A DNA stretch of 62,723 nucleotides, filler included, from Actinomycetota bacterium (GCA_009886115.1; 3 parts of 3 records of this genome joined end to end with filler, not necessarily neighbours in it); one strand, 5' to 3'; positions 50,605-60,857 are shown, counted from the first letter of the whole stretch. A program made the numbers and translations. The notes: generated by a model not told the origin, from the sequence alone.

Positions 50605-51900
50605 TTACTCGAGGGCGATGTCGTAGCGCGCGACGTACTTGTCGAAGTCGAGTCTGATCTGGGTGTCGTCGATATCGAGAGCAGCAGGATCGTACTGGTG
50701 CTTGCCGAACTTGTCTTTGGGCTTCTCGGCCAGATACGAAAGAATTATCCGATCGAATCCGGGTGCGAACGGGAGCTCCAGGTGCTCGTAGACATCTTCG
50801 ATGGCGGCGATCGGATCGGCCATGAGGTCGCGGAAGTGGATGTCGGCGATGTGATCGGCGGCGATGGTCCCGTTCTCCCGCAAGGCGATCACGTGCTCGA
50901 GCATGTACCGGAACCCCAAGGCCATGGCGGGGCCGAAGGCCAGCGGATCGACGACGTCACTGCGGATGAACCGCGTCGCCGCCATCATGTTGGCGACGGA
51001 TGCGACGAACTTCGTGGGATCGCGATGGGTGTGCACGAAGCGGGCGTCGGGGTACTCGGCCAGGATGCACTCGACGTTGGCCAGGTGCCCGGGCGACTTC
51101 AGCAGCCACCGACGGCGCGGCGCCCCAGCGCGATGCTGCAACGTCTGGAGGAAGCGGCGGTGGAACCGGTACTGCACAGCGGCGAGATCGCGTCCCCGGG
51201 CCCAGGTGTCATAGGTCGGGATGCTGTAGCACATGCTCCAGTACATCGAAGCCCGGAACTCGAGCGCCGTGAAGTGCACGCACTCGGCGGGAAGGTCCGA
51301 GGCCAGCTCGTGCATGGTACGAAACGGCGGATGCACGTCGGCCCACAACTCCTGCTCGCACTCCGCCAGCTCGACGGCCGCGAGTGATGGGACGCCCGCC
51401 GGCGAGCCTGCCGGCGCGCCCGCCAGCGCTCCGGCTGTGAGCGGTCCGAGCGGGTAATGGGTCTCCCATGCGATCGGTGCCCGGAGCGCCGGGTCGCGAG
51501 CGAGGAGCTCGAAGAGGATCGAGGTGCCGGTCCGGGGCGGGCCGATCACGAACACCGGGGCCTCGATCGGCTCGTCGACGATCTCGGGGAAGCGCTTCCA
51601 GTGCTCGACCAGCCGGAGCCTGGTCTGGATGACCCGAAGCATCTCGGCCCTGGTCATCAAGCGTCCGAGCAGGTGCGCGGCGGCGTCGCTGTCGATGGCG
51701 CCGAGCACCACCCGGTACGCCTCCTCCCAACCCGCGGTGCCGAGTGAGCCCAGGTCGTCGTCGCCGAGGTCGTCGAGCCCGGTGACGGCCCGGGCGGTCG
51801 CCAGCAACTCGCTCGGATCGAGCGACACGAGGTGCTCCGACCCGCCGACGACATGACCGAAGAGATTCAGACGGCGGACCCAGTCGGGGTGCTCGAGCAT
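50605..51900 (-). CDS. Sulfotransferase family protein
   Basis: VFVIGPPRTGTS (PAPS loop), WLLKSPGH and HTHRDP. Confidence 0.9.
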   Translation of the reverse strand: MLEHPDWVRRLNLFGHVVGGSEHLVSLDPSELLATARAVTGLDDLGDDDLGSLGTAGWEEAYRVVLGAIDSDAAAHLLGRLMTRAEMLRVIQTRLRLVEHWKRFPEIVDEPIEAPVFVIGPPRTGTSILFELLARDPALRAPIAWETHYPLGPLTAGALAGAPAGSPAGVPSLAAVELAECEQELWADVHPPFRTMHELASDLPAECVHFTALEFRASMYWSMCYSIPTYDTWARGRDLAAVQYRFHRRFLQTLQHRAGAPRRRWLLKSPGHLANVECILAEYPDARFVHTHRDPTKFVASVANMMAATRFIRSDVVDPLAFGPAMALGFRYMLEHVIALRENGTIAADHIADIHFRDLMADPIAAIEDVYEHLELPFAPGFDRIILSYLAEKPKDKFGKHQYDPAALDIDDTQIRLDFDKYVARYDIALE

Positions 51901-52011
51901 GCCGTCAGACCCCGAACCGAGGCTGGTGGAACAGTCGCATGAGTGGTCCCCTGGCGAAGGTGAGGGCAGCCGTTGAACGAGCGGCTCGCTGGGCCCTTAG
52001 GCTGCCAGCCC

Positions 52012-53322
52012 ATGGCTGAGCTGTCGAATGTGGTGGTCGTCGGAGCCTCGCTCGCAGGGCTTCGTTCGGTGGAATCCTTGCGCCGTCAGGGTTTCGCAGG
52101 ACCGATCACGCTGATCGGCTCCGAACCCCACCTGCCCTACGACCGTCCGCCGTTGTCGAAGGACGTGCTCCGGGGCGAGACCGAGCCCGACGAGTTGTTG
52201 TTGCGCCGACCCCCGGCCACGTGGGACGAGCTCCGGTGCGATCTCCGCCTGGGCCGCACGGCGATCGCGCTCGATCCTCTCGCCCAGTCCGTGACCCTCG
52301 ACGATGACGCCGTGCTGAGCTACCGCGCCGGTGGATGCATCGTGGCCACGGGAGCTTCGGTGCGGACCCTGCCCGACACCCCGGACTTCGCCGGCATCTT
52401 CACACTGCGCACCCTCGACGACGCTCTGGCGCTGCGAGGCGCTCTCGACGCCAACCCGGACGCCCGAGTGGTGGTCGTGGGCGCGGGGTTCATCGGCTCC
52501 GAGGTCGCATCGTCGTGCCGGGCCCGGGGCCACAGCGTCACCGTGCTCGAGGCCCTGCCCGTTCCCCTCGAGCGCGTCCTTGGAGCCGAGATGGGCGCGG
52601 CGTGCGGTGCGCTCCATGGCGCCAACGGGGTCGAGCTCCGCTGTGGCACCGGGGTCGCCGGGTTCACGGGCGCTGGCCCGGGGGGACGGGTGAGCGGGGT
52701 CAGGCTGTCCGATGCGTCGGTGGTCCCGGCTGAGATCGTCGTCGTCGGGGTGGGTGTCGCCCCCAACACGGGTTGGCTGGCCGGCAGTGGCGTTCGCGTC
52801 GACAACGGCGTGGTGTGCGACTCGGCTTGTCGGGTACTGGGCGACGCGGCCGACCACGCGCGGCCGCTTCCCGGTCTCGTCGCCGCCGGTGACGTCGCCC
52901 GCTGGTACAACCCGTTGTTCGGCACCAGTATGCGGATCGAGCACTGGACCAACGCGGTGGAGATGGCCGAAGCCGCGGCAGGCGCTCTCCTGGCCGACGC
53001 TGAAGCTGACGGTGCAGGCGATGCCGACGCCAACGCCAACGCCGGGGCCGAGACCCCCCCCGCACGCGAGTTCGCGCCGGTGCCGTACTTCTGGTCCGAC
53101 CAATACGGGGTGAAGATCCAGTTCGCCGGTTGGGCCCAGGGGTTCGACGAGATGGCGGTCGTCGACGGCGACGTGGCCGACGGCCGGTTCGTCGCCATCT
53201 ACGGGCGAGCCGGACTGATCGTGGGGGCCCTCGCCTTCAGCCGACCCCGGCTCCTCATGAAGTATCGGGGCCTCATCGCCAGGGCTGCACCCTGGGACGA
53301 GGCCCGCGCCATGACGGTCTGA
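52012..53322 (+). CDS. Ferredoxin reductase-like FAD/NAD oxidoreductase
   Basis: VGASLAG, PYDRPPLSK, GAGFIGSE, AAGDVA, RIEHW.NA and PYFWSDQ. Confidence 0.92.
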   Translation: MAELSNVVVVGASLAGLRSVESLRRQGFAGPITLIGSEPHLPYDRPPLSKDVLRGETEPDELLLRRPPATWDELRCDLRLGRTAIALDPLAQSVTLDDDAVLSYRAGGCIVATGASVRTLPDTPDFAGIFTLRTLDDALALRGALDANPDARVVVVGAGFIGSEVASSCRARGHSVTVLEALPVPLERVLGAEMGAACGALHGANGVELRCGTGVAGFTGAGPGGRVSGVRLSDASVVPAEIVVVGVGVAPNTGWLAGSGVRVDNGVVCDSACRVLGDAADHARPLPGLVAAGDVARWYNPLFGTSMRIEHWTNAVEMAEAAAGALLADAEADGAGDADANANAGAETPPAREFAPVPYFWSDQYGVKIQFAGWAQGFDEMAVVDGDVADGRFVAIYGRAGLIVGALAFSRPRLLMKYRGLIARAAPWDEARAMTV

Positions 53323-53379
53323 GCGGCCGGTTCCGCGCTGGACAAGGGGGGGTTTGGAGCCCGGCTAGCCTCGCCACCC

Positions 53380-56300
53380 ATGCGCAGATCCGTCGAGCCA
53401 CTCCACGTCGCCGGGGTGATCTTGGTTGGGCTCCTGGTGGCGGCGAGCTGCTCGTCTGAGGAGCGTGGCGGGGGAACACGGGCGACGACGCCGACCTCGG
53501 CTCCCGATTCGAGCACCGCGGGCATCGACTTCGGAGGCGGGACCGGCATCGCCGACGTCGAGGTCGATCCGGCCGACGAGGCCGCCGTCGAGGCGGCCCG
53601 CAACCATCTGGCCTCGCCCGATCGTGGGCTCAGCGCCGAGCTCCTGCACGAGCTGGTGCTTCAGGGTGTCGACCACTCGCCCAACGTCAGTCACGTCCGC
53701 TTCGGCCAAGCCCATGACGGTCATCTGGTCGTCGACACCTCGATCGTCGTGCACGTCCTGTCCGACCTGACCGTCCAAGCGGTCACCAACACCCTGACCG
53801 TCGCTCGTCCGCTCGACAGCGCGGTCTTGAACCTCGGGGCCGAGGACGCCATCGAACGGGCCCTGAAGGCTGTCGACGGCACCGCGACCGGTGAACCGGC
53901 GGCGACGGCGATCTGGATCGAGGAGGCCGGCGTCCTCGAGCTGGCGTGGGAGGTGACGGTGAGCACCGTGGATCCGGTGGCGCTGTGGCTCGTCACCATC
54001 GACGCCGTGGAGGGCGAGCTCATCGCGACGTCGACCCAGCGGCCCGAGAAGCTGCGCGATCGTCGCCGGACGATCGCGACGATCGGGGCGCCCGACCAGA
54101 CCGGCAGTGGGCCGCGGGGCTCGGGCGTCGATGCCTGCGACCTCCCTGCGGCGCCCTCGGCGTGCATATTCGCGCCCGATCCGATCTACGCCAGCGGAGG
54201 ATCACTCGATCGGCGATCCGAGATCGGCGAGGCCAACGACCATCTGCGTGGCGTGACGCTCGAGGGCCTCGACGATCCCGGCTCGGGTGAGCTCAAGGGG
54301 GAGTTCGTCGACGCAGCGCCCTCGATCGCCCCGGTCGCTCCCGTGCCGGAGGATGACGGCACCTGGGCGACAGGTCGGGGCCGTCCCGGGTTCGAGGAAG
54401 CGATGGCCTACTACTGGATCGACACCGCGCAGCGAACCGTCCAGAACCTGGGATTCAACGACCTGCTGGCCGAGCCCTTCCCGGTCGTGGCCCTGGCGAC
54501 CGATGTGGTCGACAACGCCTTCTACGACCCGGGCAATGGCGTCATCTCGCTGGGTCTGGGCTCAGATGGGATCAACGAGGCCGAGGACGCCACCGGCATC
54601 CTCCACGAGTACGGCCACGCCCTGCTCGACGCCCAGCAGCCGCGTCTGCTCGACGGTGGTGACGCCGGCGCGTACCACGAGGGCTGGGCCGACGCCTTTG
54701 CCTTCCTCGCGACGCTCGAGCTGCGAACGGGCAACGATGACGTCGATGCCGCCTGCCTGTTCGCCTGGCCGGAGGATCTCTCCTGCCTGCGCCGGGTCGA
54801 CGAGGATCTCGTGTATCCCGACGACCTGAGCCAGCAGGTCCACGCCGACGGGCGCATCTGGTCGGGTGCTGTGTACGACGTGCTCGAAGCGCTCCTCGGT
54901 GAGGTCGGGCTGTCGGTGTCCGACTGCCCGGGCGCGAGCGGCGAGACGCTCTCGAGCTGTACCGAGGTGCGCGACCGCGTGCTCGCCACCAACCTGGCAG
55001 CGAACAGCTACCTAGCGCCCGACATCCGTCTGCCCGACGCTGGCGCGGCGTTCGTGCTCGCCAACGATGCCATGTTCGACGGGGACGACGAGGCCCTGAT
55101 CCGCGAAGCCCTTGCGGCTCATGGTCTCGACGACGGGGCGACCGTCGTGGGGGGCGGGGGCGGGAGCGATCCGGCGTCAGAGCTGCCCCGTCCGGGCTCC
55201 GACGCGGTGTTCGTCGAGATCGACGTCGAGCACAGCTTCCGGGGCGATCTCACCCTGACCCTCGGCGTGGTCGACGCCGACGGTGAGGCGCTGTGCGAGG
55301 AGGTGCTGGCCGAGCCCGACGACGCCGACGACGCCAACCGCTACAGCGGCAGCCTCGACGTCTCGGACCTGTCGTGCGCCCGCTTCGTTCCTCCTTCGCC
55401 CGATCAGCAGTGGCTGCTCGGGGTGGTCGACGACCTCCGTGGCGATGCCGGCGAGATCAGAGCCTTCACCGTGATCGTCGATTCGGCCACCTACCGCTCG
55501 GCCGATCTGCCGCTGCCGATTCCCGACGCCAACCCCGACGGGGTCTTCGCGGTCGTCAATGGCACCGACACCTCGTCACAACCCGGCCAGTCCGATCCGG
55601 TCGACCCCGACACCATGGAGGTGGGCTCTCCCCGGCTCGAGCTGGCGATCAGCCACGAGTTGATCGGCGATCTCCAGGTGATCGTCACGGTGAGCGACGG
55701 CAAGGGTGAGGTGCTGTGCTCGGTACCCGTCCTCGATCCCGATCCCACCGATGTGCGCACCGAGGTTGCCGGGGCGATCGACGTGGCCGAGTGCGCAGAG
55801 CTCTCGCCCCCGTCGGCCGATCGCGTCTGGGCGGTGCGCGTCGTCGACAGCGCAGGCCTCGACGTGGGTACCGTCGACGGGCTCCGCTTCATCGACGCCT
55901 CGGGTGAGACGCTCGAGGCCGCGGGCCTCCCTGCAGCCATACCCGACGACGATCCGTCCGGGGTCGAGCTCTCGTTCGACGGCTCGGGAACGAGCGGCTC
56001 GGGCGGCGTTGTCGCGGGCGACGGGCTCCTGGTGCGCCTCGAGATCTCGCATTCGTATCGGGGTGACCTCGGGGTCACGGCGGGTATCGCCGATGACGAT
56101 GGCGTGGTGTTGTGCGAGGAGACGGGCGCCAGCCCCGACCGCGAGGACGACGGCGTCGACCTGACCGTCGAGATCGACCTCAGTCGATGTGCTGCTCGCC
56201 ATGGCGCTCGCGAGGGTGTCGTCTGGTACGCGCAGGTCTCGGACACGCTCGAAGAAGACATGGGAACGGTGGAGCTGGCCGAGCTGAAGCTCCCGGGCGG

Positions 56301-56787
56301 CGACGTGATCGTGCCGAGCGGAGGCCTTCCCGTCCCGATTCCCGACGCCGATCCCGGTGGGGTGCTCCTCGTCTTCGATCCGTCCCTCGGCACGATCGTC
56401 CCGTCGGGCGAGGCCGCCGCGACGCTCGCCCTCGATGTTCGCCATCCCTATCGCGGCGATCTCACGGTGGTCGCCGGGGTTCGCTCGGCCGACGGTCGCG
56501 GCGAGGCGCTGTGCGAGGTGGCGGCTGTCGAGTCCGACGAGCTCGATGACGGGGTCAACCTCCACATGTCGATCGACCTGAGCGTCTGTGCCGAGCTCGC
56601 TCTCGGCCGAGACGTCCGGTGGTTCGTCTCGGTCGTCGATGAGCTGCCGGACGACGTGGGCTTCGTGGCGTCGGCCCGTCTCGTGCTGGCCGACGGGACC
56701 GAGCTCCGCCCGGCATCCGAGACGCCGTTGCCGCAGCGGATCCCCGACGCTTCCCCGTCAGGCGTGGTCGTCGTCTTCGATCGCTGA
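53380..56787 (+). CDS. Lipoprotein M36/M4-like metallopeptidase with four proprotein-convertase P-like domains
   Basis: Lipobox-like VAASC; FTP/PepSY-like propeptide; DNAFY, HEYGH, YHEGWAD and VHADG; four H(S/P)xRGDL-type repeats. Confidence 0.85.
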   Translation: MRRSVEPLHVAGVILVGLLVAASCSSEERGGGTRATTPTSAPDSSTAGIDFGGGTGIADVEVDPADEAAVEAARNHLASPDRGLSAELLHELVLQGVDHSPNVSHVRFGQAHDGHLVVDTSIVVHVLSDLTVQAVTNTLTVARPLDSAVLNLGAEDAIERALKAVDGTATGEPAATAIWIEEAGVLELAWEVTVSTVDPVALWLVTIDAVEGELIATSTQRPEKLRDRRRTIATIGAPDQTGSGPRGSGVDACDLPAAPSACIFAPDPIYASGGSLDRRSEIGEANDHLRGVTLEGLDDPGSGELKGEFVDAAPSIAPVAPVPEDDGTWATGRGRPGFEEAMAYYWIDTAQRTVQNLGFNDLLAEPFPVVALATDVVDNAFYDPGNGVISLGLGSDGINEAEDATGILHEYGHALLDAQQPRLLDGGDAGAYHEGWADAFAFLATLELRTGNDDVDAACLFAWPEDLSCLRRVDEDLVYPDDLSQQVHADGRIWSGAVYDVLEALLGEVGLSVSDCPGASGETLSSCTEVRDRVLATNLAANSYLAPDIRLPDAGAAFVLANDAMFDGDDEALIREALAAHGLDDGATVVGGGGGSDPASELPRPGSDAVFVEIDVEHSFRGDLTLTLGVVDADGEALCEEVLAEPDDADDANRYSGSLDVSDLSCARFVPPSPDQQWLLGVVDDLRGDAGEIRAFTVIVDSATYRSADLPLPIPDANPDGVFAVVNGTDTSSQPGQSDPVDPDTMEVGSPRLELAISHELIGDLQVIVTVSDGKGEVLCSVPVLDPDPTDVRTEVAGAIDVAECAELSPPSADRVWAVRVVDSAGLDVGTVDGLRFIDASGETLEAAGLPAAIPDDDPSGVELSFDGSGTSGSGGVVAGDGLLVRLEISHSYRGDLGVTAGIADDDGVVLCEETGASPDREDDGVDLTVEIDLSRCAARHGAREGVVWYAQVSDTLEEDMGTVELAELKLPGGDVIVPSGGLPVPIPDADPGGVLLVFDPSLGTIVPSGEAAATLALDVRHPYRGDLTVVAGVRSADGRGEALCEVAAVESDELDDGVNLHMSIDLSVCAELALGRDVRWFVSVVDELPDDVGFVASARLVLADGTELRPASETPLPQRIPDASPSGVVVVFDR

Positions 56788-56840
56788 CCGCAGCTGCGGC
56801 GGGTTCCGACGAGGCAGGTCCGACCCGCCGCGGTGGCGGG

Positions 56841-57287
56841 TCAGACCGTGGCGGTGCCGCCGCCGGCTGCGACCCAGCGCCCGAGCATCTCCTGGAACTC
56901 GGCCGGGTTGTACATGTCCTCCTCGTACGACCACAACCCGTCGCCGGCGTACTCGAGCAGGGTCCAGGCCGCGCCGCGGTACGGGCCGTTGCCGTCGGGG
57001 TCGGGCATCGTGTTCCAGCACAGGCCCACGACCCGGCCCGACTCCTCGTCGAAGAAACGCCACTCCCACGGGAAGTACATGTCGGGCACACCCACCATGG
57101 TCTTGACGATCCACGCCCTGATCTCTTCACGCCCGTGGAACGTCCCGTAGTGGTGCTCGACGTACACGGCGTCCTCGGTGAACCGGTCGGCCCAGGCGTT
57201 CCAATCTCCCGTGCGGACGGCCTCCGCGGCCTGCTCGATGTAGCGGTCGTGCGCCGCGATCAACTCGGCCTTCGTGAACTTCGCCAT
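56841..57287 (-). CDS. NTF2/SnoaL-like protein
   Basis: GDWNAWADRFTEDAVYVEH and LEYAGDGLWSYEEDMYN. Confidence 0.85.
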   Translation of the reverse strand: MAKFTKAELIAAHDRYIEQAAEAVRTGDWNAWADRFTEDAVYVEHHYGTFHGREEIRAWIVKTMVGVPDMYFPWEWRFFDEESGRVVGLCWNTMPDPDGNGPYRGAAWTLLEYAGDGLWSYEEDMYNPAEFQEMLGRWVAAGGGTATV

Positions 57288-57325
57288 GGATCGACTCCCT
57301 CTCGGTTGGACCTGCGCTTGCGACG

Positions 57326-57372
57326 TTCTTTGTGTCCAGCACCGCGCCCCGCGCCGGCCTGGACACAAAGAA
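57326..57372. repeat. 14-bp perfect inverted repeat with 19-nt spacer
   Basis: TTCTTTGTGTCCAG ... CTGGACACAAAGAA, intergenic. Confidence 0.7.
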
Positions 57373-57394
57373 GCAGGTGGGGTGGCGGCGGGCG

Positions 57395-58186
57395 CTATCT
57401 GCTCACGGTTCCTCCGTCGACGAGCATCGACTCGCCGTTGACCCAGGAGGCCCGGTCGGAGCACAGCCACACCACCGCCTCGGCGAGCTGCTCGGGTCGG
57501 CCCATCTCGCCCGTGGGGACGGTCGCCTTCATGGCGGCCTCGATCGCCGGGTTGTCGCCGATGTAGCCGCGCATCATGGGGGTGTCGGTGCTCCCGGGGA
57601 GGATGGCGTTCACCCGGATCCCGCTCGCCGCGTACTCGAGGGCCGCGGTCTTGGTGAGCCCGAGCACACCGTGCTTGGAAGCCACGTAGTGGGGAAGCGT
57701 GGGGAAGCCGATCACCCCCGCACCCGAGGAGGTGTTGACGATCACCCCCCGGGCTCCGTGGGCTCCCCCGAGCGGCTCCTGGGTGGTCATCTGCGCCAGC
57801 TCGTGTTTCATGCACAAGAACACGCTGGTGAGGTTCACCGCGATCACCCGGTTCCACTCCTCGAGCGAGAACCCGATGAACGCGCCGCCGACGCCGCTCG
57901 TGCCGGCATTGTTGTGCGCGCAGTCCAGCCGCCCGTAGGTGTCGACAGCGTGCTTGACCATCGCCGCCACCTCGGGCTCGCTCGTCACGTCGGCGCGCAG
58001 GAACACGGCCCGGCCGCCCGCGGCCTCGATGTTGGCGACGGTCTCCTTGCCGCCGGTCTCGTTCAGGTCGACGACCACGACCCCGGCTGCGCCTTCGGCG
58101 GCGAACAGCTCCGCCGTGGCCCGTCCGATACCGCTGCCTGCTCCGGTGACGAGTGCCACCTTGCCCTCTGCCAGTCCCGCTGCCAT
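57395..58186 (-). CDS. Short-chain dehydrogenase/reductase
   Basis: TGAGSGIG, HNNAG and YVASKH. Confidence 0.92.
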   Translation of the reverse strand: MAAGLAEGKVALVTGAGSGIGRATAELFAAEGAAGVVVVDLNETGGKETVANIEAAGGRAVFLRADVTSEPEVAAMVKHAVDTYGRLDCAHNNAGTSGVGGAFIGFSLEEWNRVIAVNLTSVFLCMKHELAQMTTQEPLGGAHGARGVIVNTSSGAGVIGFPTLPHYVASKHGVLGLTKTAALEYAASGIRVNAILPGSTDTPMMRGYIGDNPAIEAAMKATVPTGEMGRPEQLAEAVVWLCSDRASWVNGESMLVDGGTVSR

Positions 58187-58232
58187 TCCAGTTCCCACGC
58201 TCGAGCTCCCCTCGGGTGATGCGGTCGGTGCG

Positions 58233-59228
58233 TCAGGCTCGCGCAGCGGAGAGCTTCGGTGCGATGTCGCTCATCCAACCTTCGAGCGATTCGCTCGAAG
58301 GGAAGTCGCGGTACCAGTTGACGAACGCTCGACACCCAAGCTCGACGTACCTCTGCGCCTTCTCGAGCACCATTTCGACCGTCCCGACGAGGTTGTCGCG
58401 CACGTATTCGTCGTCGGGCTGGGAGCCCTTGCGGAGTGCGCCGCCGGTGGGGGAGTCGAGCCAACACGACAGGTCGGCCTCGGTGTCGAAGAGCCGGCAG
58501 TCGTTGCCGTGGGTGCGCCTGATGGTCGTGAACTCGCGGCCGATCTCTTCGCAGTACCGCTCGAGCAGCGCCGACTTGCGGGCGAAGGCCTCGGCGCCGA
58601 CCTGCCAGTTGGTGGCGTCGGCGTGCCGGGCGGCGATCCGCAACGTGACCTGCTCGCCACCCCCGCCCACCCACACCTCGGGCAAGCGCTGCAAGGGCTT
58701 CGGGTCGCAGTACGCGCCGTCGAAGTGGAGATGGCGGCCGTCGAAGGTGGTGGTCTCGTTCGTCCAGAGGCTCTTCACGACCGTGAGGGTCTCGTCGAGG
58801 ATCGCCAGGCGGGTCCCGGCCGACGGGAACTCGTAGCCGTAGGCCCGGTACTCGTCGTCGAACCAGCCGGCGCCCATCCCCAGGATGAGCCGTCCGCCGG
58901 AGTACACGTCGACGCAGGCCGCTTCCTTGGCCAGCAGGCCGGCATTGCGATACGCGGCGCAGGTGACCATCTGGCCCAGCCGAACCCTCGGGATCTGTGG
59001 CGCCAGGGCCGCCAGCATCGTGAACGCCTCGAACACGTGGGTGGGCTCACGCCTGGGGATCGTCTCGACGTGGTCGTAGACCCACACGTGGTCGTAGCCG
59101 GCCCGTTCGGCCAACTGGGCGAGCTCCACCGATCGGGCCCAGGCCTCGGCCGCACCGACTCCGGTGTACTCGAGCTTCCAGCCCTGGGGGACGAACGTCC
59201 CGTGCTGTATCCCTGTCGCGGTTGTCAC
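58233..59228 (-). CDS. LLM-class (probably F420-dependent) oxidoreductase
   Basis: PQGWKLE, WVYDH, RLGQMVTC..YRN and VGGGGE.VTL. Confidence 0.88.
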   Translation of the reverse strand: MTTATGIQHGTFVPQGWKLEYTGVGAAEAWARSVELAQLAERAGYDHVWVYDHVETIPRREPTHVFEAFTMLAALAPQIPRVRLGQMVTCAAYRNAGLLAKEAACVDVYSGGRLILGMGAGWFDDEYRAYGYEFPSAGTRLAILDETLTVVKSLWTNETTTFDGRHLHFDGAYCDPKPLQRLPEVWVGGGGEQVTLRIAARHADATNWQVGAEAFARKSALLERYCEEIGREFTTIRRTHGNDCRLFDTEADLSCWLDSPTGGALRKGSQPDDEYVRDNLVGTVEMVLEKAQRYVELGCRAFVNWYRDFPSSESLEGWMSDIAPKLSAARA

Positions 59229-59668
59229 TCCTTGAACTCCCACCACTGGATCTCGGCCATCATCGGCAGCAGGTACTTCACGTAGATGCTGGTGATGGAA
59301 AGGAATCCGTGGTCGTCGACGTGCTTGTCGATGATGTCGACGCGGGGGTCACGTGCCTGGAAGGCCTTGGCCCGGACCAGCACCTCGTCGAGCTCGGCCT
59401 CGGTGTCGACCTGGAGGCCCCAGTGATCCAATCGGGGGCACGTCATCGGCGTGTCGTCGGCGATGAGGAACAGGAACTGGTTGATCGTGTGCACCTGGAG
59501 CACGAGTCGACGCCGGTCCTCGGTCATGGTTGGTAGCTCGGCGAAACCGAACACCTCGCTCCAGAACGCCACGATCTCCTTGCGGCCGTTGGCATCGAGG
59601 AGGTCGGCGGGGAGCGACATGGCCACGTGGTTGAAGCGGGGGCTGCGGTTGGTCACATCGAGGGTCAC
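59225..59668 (-). CDS. VOC-like protein
   Basis: RFNHVAMS and DHWGLQV; translationally coupled on both sides. Confidence 0.7.
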   Translation of the reverse strand: MTLDVTNRSPRFNHVAMSLPADLLDANGRKEIVAFWSEVFGFAELPTMTEDRRRLVLQVHTINQFLFLIADDTPMTCPRLDHWGLQVDTEAELDEVLVRAKAFQARDPRVDIIDKHVDDHGFLSITSIYVKYLLPMMAEIQWWEFKE

Positions 59669-60795
59669 GAGGCGCTCCCTGTCTCGGTGGCCTGGGTGGT
59701 CTGGGGGACCTGGGTGGTCTGGGGGACCTGGGGGACCTGGGTGGTCTGGGGGACGATCATGACCTTGCCGGCGACCCGTCCCTCATGCAGGTTCACCACG
59801 GCGTCCCAGAGCCCGTTGAGAGGCACGTCGCCGGGCTCGATCAGGAGATCGACGGGCATCATGCCCGACGCCAGCAGCGCCAGCGCGTCGTGGAAGCCGC
59901 CCTCGTCGTACACGAACGAGCCGCTCACCCAGATCTCGTTGAGCAGGATGCGATTGGCGTTCCAGCGGGGCGCCTTGGCCCCTGCACCCACCAGCATGAG
60001 CGTCCCGCCCCGACGCACCTGGGCCAGAGCCTGCTCCTGGGCGACGGCATGGCCCGACGCCTCGAACACGATGTGGAACCCGTCGGGCCGCACCTCGCCG
60101 GGGTTGGTGAACGCGACGAGCGAGTCGGGGTGCACAACCTCCACCGCGCCGAGCGTGCGGGCCAACTCCTGGCGGACGGGCGCCGGTTCGCTGACGGTGA
60201 CGTCCTCGATGCCCTTGGCCCGCAGGGCCGAGAGAATGAGCGTGCCGATGGGGCCGGCGCCGGTGATGAGGATCCGCATGTCGGGAGTGGGCTTCGCCCG
60301 GGTGATGGCATGCAGGGCAACGGCCAGGGGTTCGGTGAGCGCCGCAGCGCGTATCGAGACCCCCTCGGGCAGTCTCAGGGCCTGCGACGCCTCGATGGTC
60401 TTGTACCGGGCGAAGGCGCCCTGCCAGGAGCCGCCCATCCCCGGCGTGTCGCGCGCGGCGCACAGCGATGGTCGTCCCGTCAGGCAGTACTCGCAGCTGC
60501 CACACCGGATTCCCGGGCCCCCGACGACCTCGTCGCCGAGTTCCCATCCGACGACGCCCTCACCCAGCGCCGCGATCCGGCCGGTGTACTCGTGACCCTC
60601 GATCGAGCCGGGCGCGCCCCAGCCCTCGGTGTAGAAATGGATGTCGGAACCGCAGACACCGCAGTGGCTGATCTCGAGCAGCACCTCGCCCGGCTCGGGT
60701 CGAGGCGCTGCGACCTGCTCGATCGAGACCTCACCCTTGCGTCGGAAGACGGCGGCGGTCATCGTTTCCGGAAGGGTGCCGGGCAGTACGGTCAT
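59665..60795 (-). CDS. Zinc-binding alcohol dehydrogenase
   Basis: CGVCGSDIH, GHE, CxxCxxC..C and GAGPIG; repeat-expanded C-terminus. Confidence 0.92.
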   Translation of the reverse strand: MTVLPGTLPETMTAAVFRRKGEVSIEQVAAPRPEPGEVLLEISHCGVCGSDIHFYTEGWGAPGSIEGHEYTGRIAALGEGVVGWELGDEVVGGPGIRCGSCEYCLTGRPSLCAARDTPGMGGSWQGAFARYKTIEASQALRLPEGVSIRAAALTEPLAVALHAITRAKPTPDMRILITGAGPIGTLILSALRAKGIEDVTVSEPAPVRQELARTLGAVEVVHPDSLVAFTNPGEVRPDGFHIVFEASGHAVAQEQALAQVRRGGTLMLVGAGAKAPRWNANRILLNEIWVSGSFVYDEGGFHDALALLASGMMPVDLLIEPGDVPLNGLWDAVVNLHEGRVAGKVMIVPQTTQVPQVPQTTQVPQTTQATETGSAS

Positions 60796-60857
60796 GCCAC
60801 CAGACTCCCCCCAACATGACGTTGGTGTCAATCAGCGTCCCCGCCCAAGGAGCTCCC

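Noticed and set aside
32190..51900. DUF1214 protein plus sulfotransferase as one cluster
   Set aside because: They lie on different contigs separated by a linker, so linkage is unsupported.
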